Positions 52,573-61,761 of a stretch of 64,000 bases of DNA are shown here, one piece after another. Position 1 is the first letter of the stretch. Every line of letters begins with the position of its first letter. Made by a program: the position numbers and the translations under genes. The stretch covers positions 19,481-83,480 of the forward strand of contig MGMS01000054.1 of the NCBI GenBank assembly GCA_001796515.1. Reading direction: 5' to 3'. The stretch is from Chloroflexi bacterium RBG_13_51_36. Its GTDB lineage: Bacteria; Chloroflexota; Dehalococcoidia; GIF9; AB-539-J10. The notes beneath the pieces were generated by a model. It did no database searches. It had not been told where the DNA came from and was given only the letters and a program-made list of their open reading frames with translations.

Positions 52573-55500
52573 ATGGGTAACGAGATTCTGATTCCGTTGA
52601 TCGCGACGATTGTTTATGTCCCTTTATTTGTCATTGTGCTATCTAACCGACCATGGCAACAGAGGCATAAGCTATTCCTCTTGTTCCTGATCCCTGCCGT
52701 ACTCTGGAGTCTCACCACGTTCCTCAGTATGAGGAGCCCGGCAGGGTCATTGACAACCAACAAGTTGCTCGATGTCAGAATCGTACTTTGTATCGCCATC
52801 TTGATGCTAGTCCAATTCCATTACCTCGTACGTTCGTTTTATCAGTCTGAACGCACCAGGATACCGTTGGCCTATGTTTTCCCAATAGCTACCATTGCGC
52901 TGGCAGCATCGGGCCAAATCCCAGAGGCCGTTGATCCTGTTGTAGTCTATGGTCCGTGGATTACTGCTATCGGTTTGCTTTTTCTTTCCACAGTGGGCAT
53001 CAGAGATGTATATTCTTTGATACAGAAGTACCGGCTCTCGCCAAACCCAGCGGAGCGCAATCAAATTGTCTATTTACTTGTTGCCATCGCCATCCTGACA
53101 GTGTCCTTTTTTGGCGCTGTTGGTCCCCGTGGAGGCGAATTCCCTGTAAGCCATATTGGCAATCTGATCATTGCCTGTATCTTGACCTACGCTGTGGTGA
53201 CCCATCGACTGGTGGATATCAATGTTGTATTTCGCCAGGCTCTTATATACGCGGTCCTCTACGGAGGCGGTATTGGCATCGTCCTCGCACTTGTTTGGGT
53301 TGCTTTGCACCGCGGCGGCGATACAAGTGAATTTGCAGCTCTAGCCGCGATTACCGGTCTGGGAATGCCGGCTATTCTGTTTCTTGTTCACAAGGTGCAC
53401 GACCTTTGGCAAAGGAAGGTAGAGGATGCTTTCATGGGGGCAAAATCCTTCTACCGCAGGCAATTGTCTCAGTTCACCACCGGGATACACAATGTTCCTA
53501 CCCTGGAGGAGTTGGGCAACGGATTCATATCACTGCTTGCTCAGTCCCTTGACTGCCGGAGGGCCTGTCTGCTTCTGCCCCAGGCCACGGAAGGAGGTTT
53601 TAGCGCCCAGTTTATCTACCCTCCTGTAGAAGACAACCCTATGGGGGAGTTGAAGTTAATGAGAGATAGCCCTATTGTGACGTGGCTTGAGCGCAAAAGC
53701 ACCATATTGCCGGAGAGGAGTCTCCATATCCTTCCTGAATTCCAGTCTATATGGGAAGAGGAGAGGGAGGAAATCCAACTGGCGGGAGTGAAAATGTTCG
53801 TTCCCTTGATGAACAGAGGGAAGACTGTGGCCATTGTAGCAATAAGTGAGAGGCGGGACGGTAGGCTTTACTCCGTTGAGGATATCGACTTATTGGAATC
53901 CATTACCGCTCAGGTGGCAGCGAGCATGGAAAAGGAGTATTCTCGTGAGCGTTTGAAGGAACAAGACCAGGAAACAACCTTACTTAACCGTTTGACCTCA
54001 ATTATAACCTCCAGCGTGAGTATCCAAATGATATTTGAAGGTTTCGCCCAGGAATTAAAGAAAGTGGCGGATATTGATTGGGCAACAATTGCTTTACTTG
54101 ATGGAGAGGACCTTCTCTTTATGGTCCTATCCAGCACAATAGGGTCTGCCTGGCAGCCGGGTGAAAGGATACCACTCGAAGGGACGGCTACGGAGATAGT
54201 ATGCCGGGAAAAGAAAAGCTTGTATGAACCTGATTTGAAACGACATCAGAGGTTCTCGACTGCGGAGACTCACCTGCAGCAGGGGATTCGTTCTGTTGTT
54301 CATCTACCATTGAGTGTTACAGACCGTACTATCGGCAGTCTGATTCTGGCCAGTCGCGAACCCAACGTTTACAACCGCAGGCAAATAAAGCTTCTGGAAA
54401 AGGTGGCTTTGCAGATCGCTGCGCCGATCGAGAATGCCCAACTTTATGCCCGGTTGGAACAGAAGTCTCGTATTGATGAGCTCACCGGCCTATTTAATCG
54501 ACGTTATTTTGAAGAGCAACTCAAAGAAGAGCTTGCCCGCCATTCTCGTTATGGTGACGTGTTCTCTATATTCATGATTGACCTGGATAACTTCAAGGCC
54601 TATAACGACGTATATGGGCATCCCGCCGGGGACATCCTGCTGGGCCATATAGGGAGAATCATCAAAGGCTCCGTCAGAAATGTTGACCGCGCTTTTCGCT
54701 ACGGCGGAGACGAATTCGTCGTCATTCTGCCCCAGACAGCCAGGGACGCTGCTTATGTCGTGGCTGAGCGAGTTCTAAGGCAGATTGCAGAGGAGATGGA
54801 GAAGAGGGCAATTGCGGTGACCAGCAGCATTGGTTTGGCCAGCTATCCCGCAGATGGAATGCTGTCCGGTGAACTTGTTGACATGGCTGATACCGCCCTT
54901 TATCACGCTAAACGGACAGGAGGTAATCGAATCTTCCTTTCCTCCAAGATTCTGCCTAAACTGCCAGATGCCGGGGGAATTCCCGGGATTGGTACCAGAC
55001 CCAACAGTTTGAGCGAGGTGTATGACATAGCCTCGGCAGTGGAGGCCAAAGATCCCTATACTTATGGCCATTCTAAGAAAGTTAACATTTATGCCGTGGC
55101 TCTGGCGGAAAAGATCGGACTATCGCCTGATGAGGTGTCTGTGTTGAGCGCGGCTGCTTTGCTTCACGACATTGGCAAGGTCGGCGTACCCGACAGAGTG
55201 CTTAACAAAAAGGGGAAGCTTACCAAGGAAGATTGGGAAGCGATCAAAGCTCATCCAAAGTTGGGGGCAAATATCATCGGTAACATACCCAGGCTAGCCG
55301 CTGCGGTAAATAGTATTCTATATCACCATGAGAGGTGGGATGGTACGGGCTATCCTGAAGGACTGAAAAAGGAAGAGATTCCCCTGGAAGCTCGCATCCT
55401 CGCCCTGGTTGATAGCTTCGAGGCTATGACTTCCGCCCGTCCTTACCGTCCTGCCCTGTCTCTTGAGGAGGTAATAACGGAACTCAGGCAGGGTGCCGGG

Positions 55501-55611
55501 CTTCAGTTTGATCCTAAGCTGGTTGAGGTCTTCATCGGCATTGTCGAGGCCGGACTTCCTGAGAAGATCAAGATAGGGCGAGATGCATCCGGTGGGCGAA
55601 CGGGTCGGTAG
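52573..55611 (+). CDS. membrane sensor 7TM - GAF - GGDEF - HD-GYP, paralog 2
   Basis: 1012 aa, collinear with 47046-50111. It has RYGGDEF with an RNVD I-site, LLHDIGK and HHERWDGTGYP. Confidence 0.9.
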   Translation: MGNEILIPLIATIVYVPLFVIVLSNRPWQQRHKLFLLFLIPAVLWSLTTFLSMRSPAGSLTTNKLLDVRIVLCIAILMLVQFHYLVRSFYQSERTRIPLAYVFPIATIALAASGQIPEAVDPVVVYGPWITAIGLLFLSTVGIRDVYSLIQKYRLSPNPAERNQIVYLLVAIAILTVSFFGAVGPRGGEFPVSHIGNLIIACILTYAVVTHRLVDINVVFRQALIYAVLYGGGIGIVLALVWVALHRGGDTSEFAALAAITGLGMPAILFLVHKVHDLWQRKVEDAFMGAKSFYRRQLSQFTTGIHNVPTLEELGNGFISLLAQSLDCRRACLLLPQATEGGFSAQFIYPPVEDNPMGELKLMRDSPIVTWLERKSTILPERSLHILPEFQSIWEEEREEIQLAGVKMFVPLMNRGKTVAIVAISERRDGRLYSVEDIDLLESITAQVAASMEKEYSRERLKEQDQETTLLNRLTSIITSSVSIQMIFEGFAQELKKVADIDWATIALLDGEDLLFMVLSSTIGSAWQPGERIPLEGTATEIVCREKKSLYEPDLKRHQRFSTAETHLQQGIRSVVHLPLSVTDRTIGSLILASREPNVYNRRQIKLLEKVALQIAAPIENAQLYARLEQKSRIDELTGLFNRRYFEEQLKEELARHSRYGDVFSIFMIDLDNFKAYNDVYGHPAGDILLGHIGRIIKGSVRNVDRAFRYGGDEFVVILPQTARDAAYVVAERVLRQIAEEMEKRAIAVTSSIGLASYPADGMLSGELVDMADTALYHAKRTGGNRIFLSSKILPKLPDAGGIPGIGTRPNSLSEVYDIASAVEAKDPYTYGHSKKVNIYAVALAEKIGLSPDEVSVLSAAALLHDIGKVGVPDRVLNKKGKLTKEDWEAIKAHPKLGANIIGNIPRLAAAVNSILYHHERWDGTGYPEGLKKEEIPLEARILALVDSFEAMTSARPYRPALSLEEVITELRQGAGLQFDPKLVEVFIGIVEAGLPEKIKIGRDASGGRTGR

Positions 55612-55791
55612 TGTAGCTGGACACCTTTACCCGACATCAGAATCTAGATGCAAAATGACAGGCTTGAATTCCGAGATAAATTTGAAGAGCATTTGTCTGA
55701 TTTGTGCTGGATGTAAATCATACTGATTTCTTTGCTCACGCATTGAAGTCGGTAAATATATCCGACCTTGATTAGATACTTGTGACTTGAA

Positions 55792-56511
55792 ATGCCATTT
55801 TGGGAAATATATTCGTATTTCTACAGTCTGTCCTTAAGAACCTCGTTCCCTTACCGGCACCTTCTGGAAGACCTGAGTAATACATTGAAGGCCAAAGAAA
55901 GGGAAGATATTTTAGATGCCGGCTGTGGGCCAGGACTGGCAATAGAAAGAATCGTTGAAGAAAATGAAGGAAAGGGAATAAGCATCACGGGGCTTGACTT
56001 TAGTGAGAGGATGATAAGACAGGCTCACAACAGATGCAGAAATTTCGCTAATGTGACGCTTCAAGTTGCCGACTTGAACAAAAGCCTGCAGTTTCCCGAA
56101 AGTTTCTTTCATAAAGTGATTTGCTGTAATACGCTTTATGCCCTTGAGGATCCTCATAGAGTCATTTCTGAATTTCATCGAGTCTTGAAGCAGGGTGGTG
56201 CGGTGATAATTGCCAATCCAAAACCAAACGCCGGAGAAAAGGCACTCATAAGAGAACACATAGTGGCGCTTGGCAGACTCACTCCCGTTTACAGGAGAAT
56301 CCACCATATTCTTGTGTCTGTTCTGCTTCTTCCCGTGAATCTGGTTGCTGTCACGATAAATAGGGTCATTGTTGAGAAGGGGAGAAGGGGAGAATATCAC
56401 TTCTTGGCCAAGGAGGACCTGCAGCGACTTTTCCAAGAGGTCGGCTTCAGGAATATCGATATAGGTTCCTGCTACGCTGATCAAGATTGGTTAGTGAGAG
56501 CTGAAAAATAG
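55792..56511 (+). CDS. class I SAM-dependent methyltransferase
   Basis: Has motif I ILDAGCGPG and an acidic post-I residue. 239 aa. Confidence 0.75.
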   Translation: MPFWEIYSYFYSLSLRTSFPYRHLLEDLSNTLKAKEREDILDAGCGPGLAIERIVEENEGKGISITGLDFSERMIRQAHNRCRNFANVTLQVADLNKSLQFPESFFHKVICCNTLYALEDPHRVISEFHRVLKQGGAVIIANPKPNAGEKALIREHIVALGRLTPVYRRIHHILVSVLLLPVNLVAVTINRVIVEKGRRGEYHFLAKEDLQRLFQEVGFRNIDIGSCYADQDWLVRAEK

Positions 56512-56592
56512 AAATGTCGGCAAAACATGCCTGCATCAGCAATTCCACACCGATGCGGCGTCCTAGCCTCATGGTTCGCTAAGACCGTTGAT

Positions 56593-57243
56593 TCAGCATT
56601 TCCTCATCACAACGCATATGTTGCGGGAGAAATCCCTGATCGGGAAATGGTAAGACCCCTCCGGCACCATAGTAATGATTTCCCAACCAGTCTTGATTAA
56701 TATTTTTCGTAGCTCGCCATAAGAGAAGAGGTGGTAATAGCGGTGGACCGTCTTCTCCTTCAATCTCCAAGGAACCTGCTGTTCCTTGGATCTGAACCAG
56801 AACCTTGTCTGTCCATGGTTCCACACAGTCAAAAAGGCCTCACTCCGGGGCCTCAACACCCGCCTTAATTCTACGAACGCCTCTTCCCTTTCTCTCTTCC
56901 CCCTGATGTGGTGATAAGTGGCCACTGAGATCACAGAATCGAAGGTATTATCAGGGAAGGGCAAGAATAACGCGTCGGCGACGGCTAAGTTGACATAAAA
57001 CTGCAATTTCGCGGAATATCTCACAGCATGTCTCAGCATAGCAGGGGAGGTGTCCACTCCCCAGAGTTCAAAACCACGCCTGAAGGGCAAGAAATCGGGT
57101 CCATGAGCGCAACCGACATTGAGCAGCTTGCCACCTTGCCATCTTGCTGCTAAGGCAGACAGTTCTTCTTCTAATAACGGCCAATGCCTTACGCGATACC
57201 AGCTTTCAGCTATTTGGTCGAACACCTCCCTATTTGTGGTCAT
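56593..57243 (-). CDS. class I SAM-dependent methyltransferase
   Basis: Has motif I LLNVGCAHG. 216 aa. It is divergent from the Elp3 gene, with a 34-nt gap. Confidence 0.75.
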   Translation of the reverse strand: MTTNREVFDQIAESWYRVRHWPLLEEELSALAARWQGGKLLNVGCAHGPDFLPFRRGFELWGVDTSPAMLRHAVRYSAKLQFYVNLAVADALFLPFPDNTFDSVISVATYHHIRGKREREEAFVELRRVLRPRSEAFLTVWNHGQTRFWFRSKEQQVPWRLKEKTVHRYYHLFSYGELRKILIKTGWEIITMVPEGSYHFPIRDFSRNICVVMRKC

Positions 57244-57277
57244 ACCTGCACTCTGTTAGACTTTATCATATTATCAC

Positions 57278-58690
57278 ATGAGGAAAGCATCTCGAACTAT
57301 TTCTGGAGTGACCCCTGTAGCAGTTATGGCCAAACCATTCGCCTGCCCTGGCAAGTGTGTCTACTGTCCAGGTTCACCCGAGGCACCCAAGAGCTACACT
57401 GTAGAGTCTCCGGCAGTGCTGCGAGCCCGACGTTGCGATTTCGACGCAAGGGAACAGGTTGAGGCTAGGCTCAAAACGCTCGCTCAGATGGGACATAGCC
57501 AGGACAAGATAGAGCTTATTGTTATGGGCGGCACTTTCCTCTCTTATCGTCTGGACTATCAGTATAAGTTCATTAAGGACTGCTATGATGCTCTGAACGA
57601 AATCACCTCCGACGATTTGGAGGAAGCCAAAAAACTAAATGAAAAAGCCCAACACCGCTGCGTGGGATTGTGCATCGAGACCAGACCTGACTTCTGCGGA
57701 GAGGAAGAGATAAGGCGCATGCTTGATTTCGGCACCACAAGGGTAGAGCTCGGGGTGCAGACATTAGACGATGAGATCCATCGCTTGACAAAAAGAGGAC
57801 ATGGGATAGCTGAAGTTATCTCAGCAACCAGGCTATTAAGAGATTGCGGCTTCAAGGTCTATTACCATTGGATGCCTGGTTTGCCAGGGTCGACGCCCCA
57901 CCATGACCTGGAACTATCACGGCAGTTGTTTGGGGATGAACGCTTTCGACCTGACGGGCTCAAGCTTTATCCCACGCTGGTAGTTCGAGGCAGCGAACTA
58001 GAGAACTGGTATCGCGAGAATCGCTATCGACCCTATGGCGATGAGGACATGATTGATTTGCTCATAGCTGTCAAAGCCCTGATTCCCAAATATGTAAGGA
58101 TTTCGAGGTTGATGCGTGATATTCCCAGCAAATTTATCATTGCCGGCAGCAGAGACTTAGCGCTAAGAGGAACCATCAAGAAGAGAATAGAGCTAATAGG
58201 TCTTCACTGCAGTTGCATCCGTTGTCGGGAATACGGGCATCGCCTGAGAGATGACTGGACAATTGGCGAGCCATGGCTGACTAGACTGGATTATGAGACT
58301 CTGGGTGGGAAGGAAATCTTCCTTTCCTACGAGGATGAGAACGAGACCTTGTTTGGCTTACTTAGGTTGAGGATAAATGATAGAAAGGCGATTGTCAGGG
58401 AGTTGCACGTTTTTGGTCCGGAAGTTCCCCTGAGCGGCAGACTAGAACGAGCCGCCCAACACCACGGTCTAGGCGAGAACTTGCTTCGAGAGGCAGAGAA
58501 AATCGCTACGCAGGAATTCAAGGTCGATAGATTATCAGTGCTGAGCGGTATTGGTGCCCGTGAGTATTATCGTTCGCTTGGTTATCGTCTGGAAGAAACC
58601 TATATGGTCAAAGAATTTGCCAAGCTGCCAGAGAGCCCTGGGAGAGACTATTCAACAATCCATCCTGGGCACAGTGGGAGAGTGAGCTAG
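57278..58690 (+). CDS. elp3: Elp3-like radical SAM / GNAT acetyltransferase (tRNA U34 modification enzyme homolog)
   Basis: Has N-terminal ISGVTPVAVMAKPFACPGKCVYCPG, a radical SAM core, and a C-terminal GNAT with a QHHGLG acetyl-CoA motif. The 470-aa length fits bacterial/archaeal Elp3. Confidence 0.85.
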   Translation: MRKASRTISGVTPVAVMAKPFACPGKCVYCPGSPEAPKSYTVESPAVLRARRCDFDAREQVEARLKTLAQMGHSQDKIELIVMGGTFLSYRLDYQYKFIKDCYDALNEITSDDLEEAKKLNEKAQHRCVGLCIETRPDFCGEEEIRRMLDFGTTRVELGVQTLDDEIHRLTKRGHGIAEVISATRLLRDCGFKVYYHWMPGLPGSTPHHDLELSRQLFGDERFRPDGLKLYPTLVVRGSELENWYRENRYRPYGDEDMIDLLIAVKALIPKYVRISRLMRDIPSKFIIAGSRDLALRGTIKKRIELIGLHCSCIRCREYGHRLRDDWTIGEPWLTRLDYETLGGKEIFLSYEDENETLFGLLRLRINDRKAIVRELHVFGPEVPLSGRLERAAQHHGLGENLLREAEKIATQEFKVDRLSVLSGIGAREYYRSLGYRLEETYMVKEFAKLPESPGRDYSTIHPGHSGRVS

Positions 58691-58857
58691 TCTGCTCTCA
58701 GGTGTTGGTCACCATCAGCGATTCGGTGGACAATCTCTTTAGATATATTGACAGCGGATAATGGCCATACTTATAATGAACCCAACGTATTGCAACGCGT
58801 ATTGAGTCAATTGAGCGGCTCGGACCTTGAAGAAACCAAGGAAAGGAGAAAGAGCAG

Positions 58858-59031
58858 ATGGATAATGAGGTAAGACCAACCTGGAAGTTGGCTTGGGGAT
58901 TGTGGTGGCGGATGTTCCTTATCGGCCTGGGGATATCCGTGGTGATTGGGGTGATCCTATCTATCCTATTCTTGTTTGGTGTAGTATGCATACCCTGGGG
59001 ATCTTGCTTCGGATGGTTGCCCGGAGTGTAG
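58858..59031 (+). CDS. small hydrophobic protein (57 aa, not in the ORF track)
   Basis: ATG preceded by GGAAAGGAGAAAG. It encodes MDNEVRPTWKLAWGLWWRMFLIGLGISVVIGVILSILFLFGVVCIPWGSCFGWLPGV. Confidence 0.35.
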   Translation: MDNEVRPTWKLAWGLWWRMFLIGLGISVVIGVILSILFLFGVVCIPWGSCFGWLPGV

Positions 59032-59192
59032 TGACGATTTGTCATTGCCGATCTGACAAAGGTGTAGTGGTTGCGGAGTCGGGCGGGGTTGCAGTAGGCA
59101 CGCCTGTCGGGTCGGTGGTCGTTCCGGTTTCGGGGTATTGACAAGGGAAGCTTCTAACTATATCGTTATATAGAAACAGGAGGGGCACAAAG

Positions 59193-59510
59193 ATGGAGAA
59201 AACGTGGAAGCCAACTGTCGGTGGCATACTAGCCATAATTGCCGGGGCTGTTCAGGTGATCTTGGGCACACTAGGTGCCACAGGAGTTGGTTTCTTAGGT
59301 GGAATTTTCGGCATAGGATGGTTGAGTGTCATTTTTGCCCCGTTAATCGTACTCGGGATAATTGCGATAATAGGCGGCGTATGCGCCCTGACAAGAAGAA
59401 TTTGGGGATTGGCGCTCACAGGATCTATATGCGCACTCGTTGGGCCCTGGTTCATTCTCGGGGTGCTTGCCATTATATTCGTCAGTCTGGGAAAGGGCGA
59501 ATTCAAGTAG
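59193..59510 (+). CDS. small integral membrane protein
   Basis: 105 aa with 3-4 TM helices rich in G/I/L. An AGGAGG SD is present. Confidence 0.6.
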   Translation: MEKTWKPTVGGILAIIAGAVQVILGTLGATGVGFLGGIFGIGWLSVIFAPLIVLGIIAIIGGVCALTRRIWGLALTGSICALVGPWFILGVLAIIFVSLGKGEFK

Positions 59511-59629
59511 AGTCTGGGGCTCGTGAGTTACTATAGTTGCCGATGTTGTGAGTCGATTACGTTTGAGGAGTCAGGCAGTCGTAGACTGCTGCTGTGGAAA
59601 TTATAGGTACATAGTATAAAGGAGGCAAA

Positions 59630-59890
59630 ATGGAAAGGTATCCTTTTCTACGGTTTGCAACCGCTGTTTTGAGGGTCCTTGGGTGGATAGTGTTAATAGC
59701 TGGTGCTCTTGGCTTTCTTGTTGTCGGAATTCTGATGGGCGGGTTCATGGGTGCTATCACAGCTGTTGGGGGGATAATAGCCTCTTTCCTGGCCTGGCTG
59801 TTCTTGCTGGCAACCAGGGAGATCTTCTACCTGCTCATCCAGGTCGAAGAGAACACCAGAAACACGGCTGAGCGCATCACCATTAAATAG
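59630..59890 (+). CDS. small membrane protein, paralog A
   Basis: 86 aa. LRVLGWIVLI...FLAWLFLLATREIFYLLIQVEENTRNT. An AAGGAGG SD is present. Confidence 0.6.
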   Translation: MERYPFLRFATAVLRVLGWIVLIAGALGFLVVGILMGGFMGAITAVGGIIASFLAWLFLLATREIFYLLIQVEENTRNTAERITIK

Positions 59891-59933
59891 AAATCAAGCC
59901 AAGACCAAATCTATGCCTTGGTGATCATATAAA

Positions 59934-60299
59934 ATGAAGAAGCTAAGCTCTGTTTTCCGGAAAGCTAGAAAAGGAAGCAGACCGTTGGAGTATCATTTCC
60001 TGCCATACGTGACTGGGGTTTTGAGAGTCTTGGGGTGGGCAGTGCTGGTAATTGGCGTCATTGGTTCAATTGTTCTCGGACTGGAGATCTTGGAAAATGG
60101 ATTGATGATTGGGGAAACTGAACTAACAGGGCAAACTGAACTGATAGGTATGGGGCCGGGTGTTTCCATGATTGTATTGGGAATAGTTGGCTCCTTTCTA
60201 GCCTGGCTACTCTTGCTTGCAAGCAGGGAACTAATCTACTTGTTCATCCACGTGAAAGAGAACACAAGAAGCACAGCCGGGCGCCTTGCGAAGGGATGA
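59934..60299 (+). CDS. small membrane protein, paralog B
   Basis: 121 aa. LRVLGWAVLV...FLAWLLLLASRELIYLFIHVKENTRST. The layout matches paralog A but with an inserted loop. Confidence 0.55.
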   Translation: MKKLSSVFRKARKGSRPLEYHFLPYVTGVLRVLGWAVLVIGVIGSIVLGLEILENGLMIGETELTGQTELIGMGPGVSMIVLGIVGSFLAWLLLLASRELIYLFIHVKENTRSTAGRLAKG

Positions 60300-60518
60300 G
60301 ATTGACATAAAGTCCGCGCCTCAGCAAGTTATGCGAATCAGCATAGTGACTTTCTTTCGTGCAATAGACTCGTCCATGTTTGCCCACGAAATTTGACCTT
60401 TATCGCCTCTGATTTTCTCTCAATCTGCAGAGCGGCCTTTTGTTTGCTGTGGCGCTTTATTGCACGTCCGTGCTTGAAACAATTCAGGTTTACAAATCCT
60501 TTTGCCACGACCTTCTAG

Positions 60519-61682
60519 TCAAATGAAGGTGTTTTTCAACCTGAATATTTCTGCCTCAACATTGCTGCTTTGTTCTCTTAGGTGCTTTATAGCTTGTTCT
60601 ATCTTGTCGTGTCTACGGGCATCATTGAGGTCAGCTACTCTATTGTATAGACCAGTCCGCCTGCCGACCTTGAAATTGAGTCTCTCTTCGTCCGGCAGGG
60701 ACAGATAACTGTCTATGATACCGAGGCATCTCCCTTTGTCATCTGGCATTTGGCCTTCGACTTCCATCAACAGGTTGAGTATATGGTCGCTCTTGAGATA
60801 GCTGGTGACCTCCAGGTTTTCGACAAAAGCAGCTATTTCCTTTACTACTTCGTCCTCTGTTTGCAGCTCGAAATCTCCCTCCCGCATTCTGGTCCACAGC
60901 GGCATGGTTGGAGAGATGTGAAGGCTGCGTAGCCTGATGTAATCGGGGTCGATTTCGTTTAACACCCTGGCTGTTTCCTGAGCATGTTCTCGAGACATTC
61001 TCCTGCCGCCGAGACCAGGCATAACATATTCGCACAGCGAAATGCCTGCTTCCTTCACTTTCTTCCCACCTTCAATATGGTTTTCAGCTGTGCAGCCCTT
61101 TTCCATATAGGCCAACAGAGGGTCATAGCCGGTCTCCAGTCCGATGTGAACCCTGTCCAGCCCAGCGTCCTTGAGTTCCTTCAACTCCGCTAGCGACTTC
61201 CTGGCTGCTGTATGGGACCGGCCATACGTGGTTACTCTATTTAAGCTGGGAAAGGTCTTCCTCAGGAAAGAAATCACCTGGATAAGCTCTGAAGTACGCA
61301 TGATCAGGGTGTTGGAATCCTGAAGGAACGCCGTCCCGCCTCCTCTGGCTAGCCACAGAGCAACGTGGCATGCACATTGCCCATATTCGGGTTGATTACA
61401 GAGCGTCGCTGCCACTTCTCTAACTTTATCGCCATAGCCCATCTTCCAGGCCATTTCCCTGATACCTTCGCTGACAGCCTTAACTGCCTCAATATCTCTC
61501 ACAATTTCCCCGACTGGCCTCAGCTCGAACTTAGCACCCTTATATACGGGACAGAACTGACATCTATTCCAGGGGCAATTCCTGGTCGCTCTTATCAACA
61601 GGGAGCAAGCTTCACTTGGAGGTCTTATAGGACCCAGCTCAAAGACATGGCCCAGCTTCTCTGCAGTCGAGTAATCCAGCAT
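60519..61682 (-). CDS. radical SAM domain protein
   Basis: 387 aa with an N-terminal Cys cluster CPWNRCQFC followed by a TIM-barrel-like region. Confidence 0.65.
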   Translation of the reverse strand: MLDYSTAEKLGHVFELGPIRPPSEACSLLIRATRNCPWNRCQFCPVYKGAKFELRPVGEIVRDIEAVKAVSEGIREMAWKMGYGDKVREVAATLCNQPEYGQCACHVALWLARGGGTAFLQDSNTLIMRTSELIQVISFLRKTFPSLNRVTTYGRSHTAARKSLAELKELKDAGLDRVHIGLETGYDPLLAYMEKGCTAENHIEGGKKVKEAGISLCEYVMPGLGGRRMSREHAQETARVLNEIDPDYIRLRSLHISPTMPLWTRMREGDFELQTEDEVVKEIAAFVENLEVTSYLKSDHILNLLMEVEGQMPDDKGRCLGIIDSYLSLPDEERLNFKVGRRTGLYNRVADLNDARRHDKIEQAIKHLREQSSNVEAEIFRLKNTFI

Positions 61683-61761
61683 TTTTCATATCTTAGCGTG
61701 CTCAAGGCGAATAGGCAAATAGACTTCAGCCTCCACATCATGATAATATCGGTATCTCCAA

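Noticed and set aside
55912-56484. ORF 55912-56484 (-), 190 aa, and ORF 51206-51835 (-), 209 aa.
   Set aside because: They are antisense to a SAM methyltransferase and to GH3 paralog 2 respectively. They have no motifs, and they are long only because of codon-complement bias.
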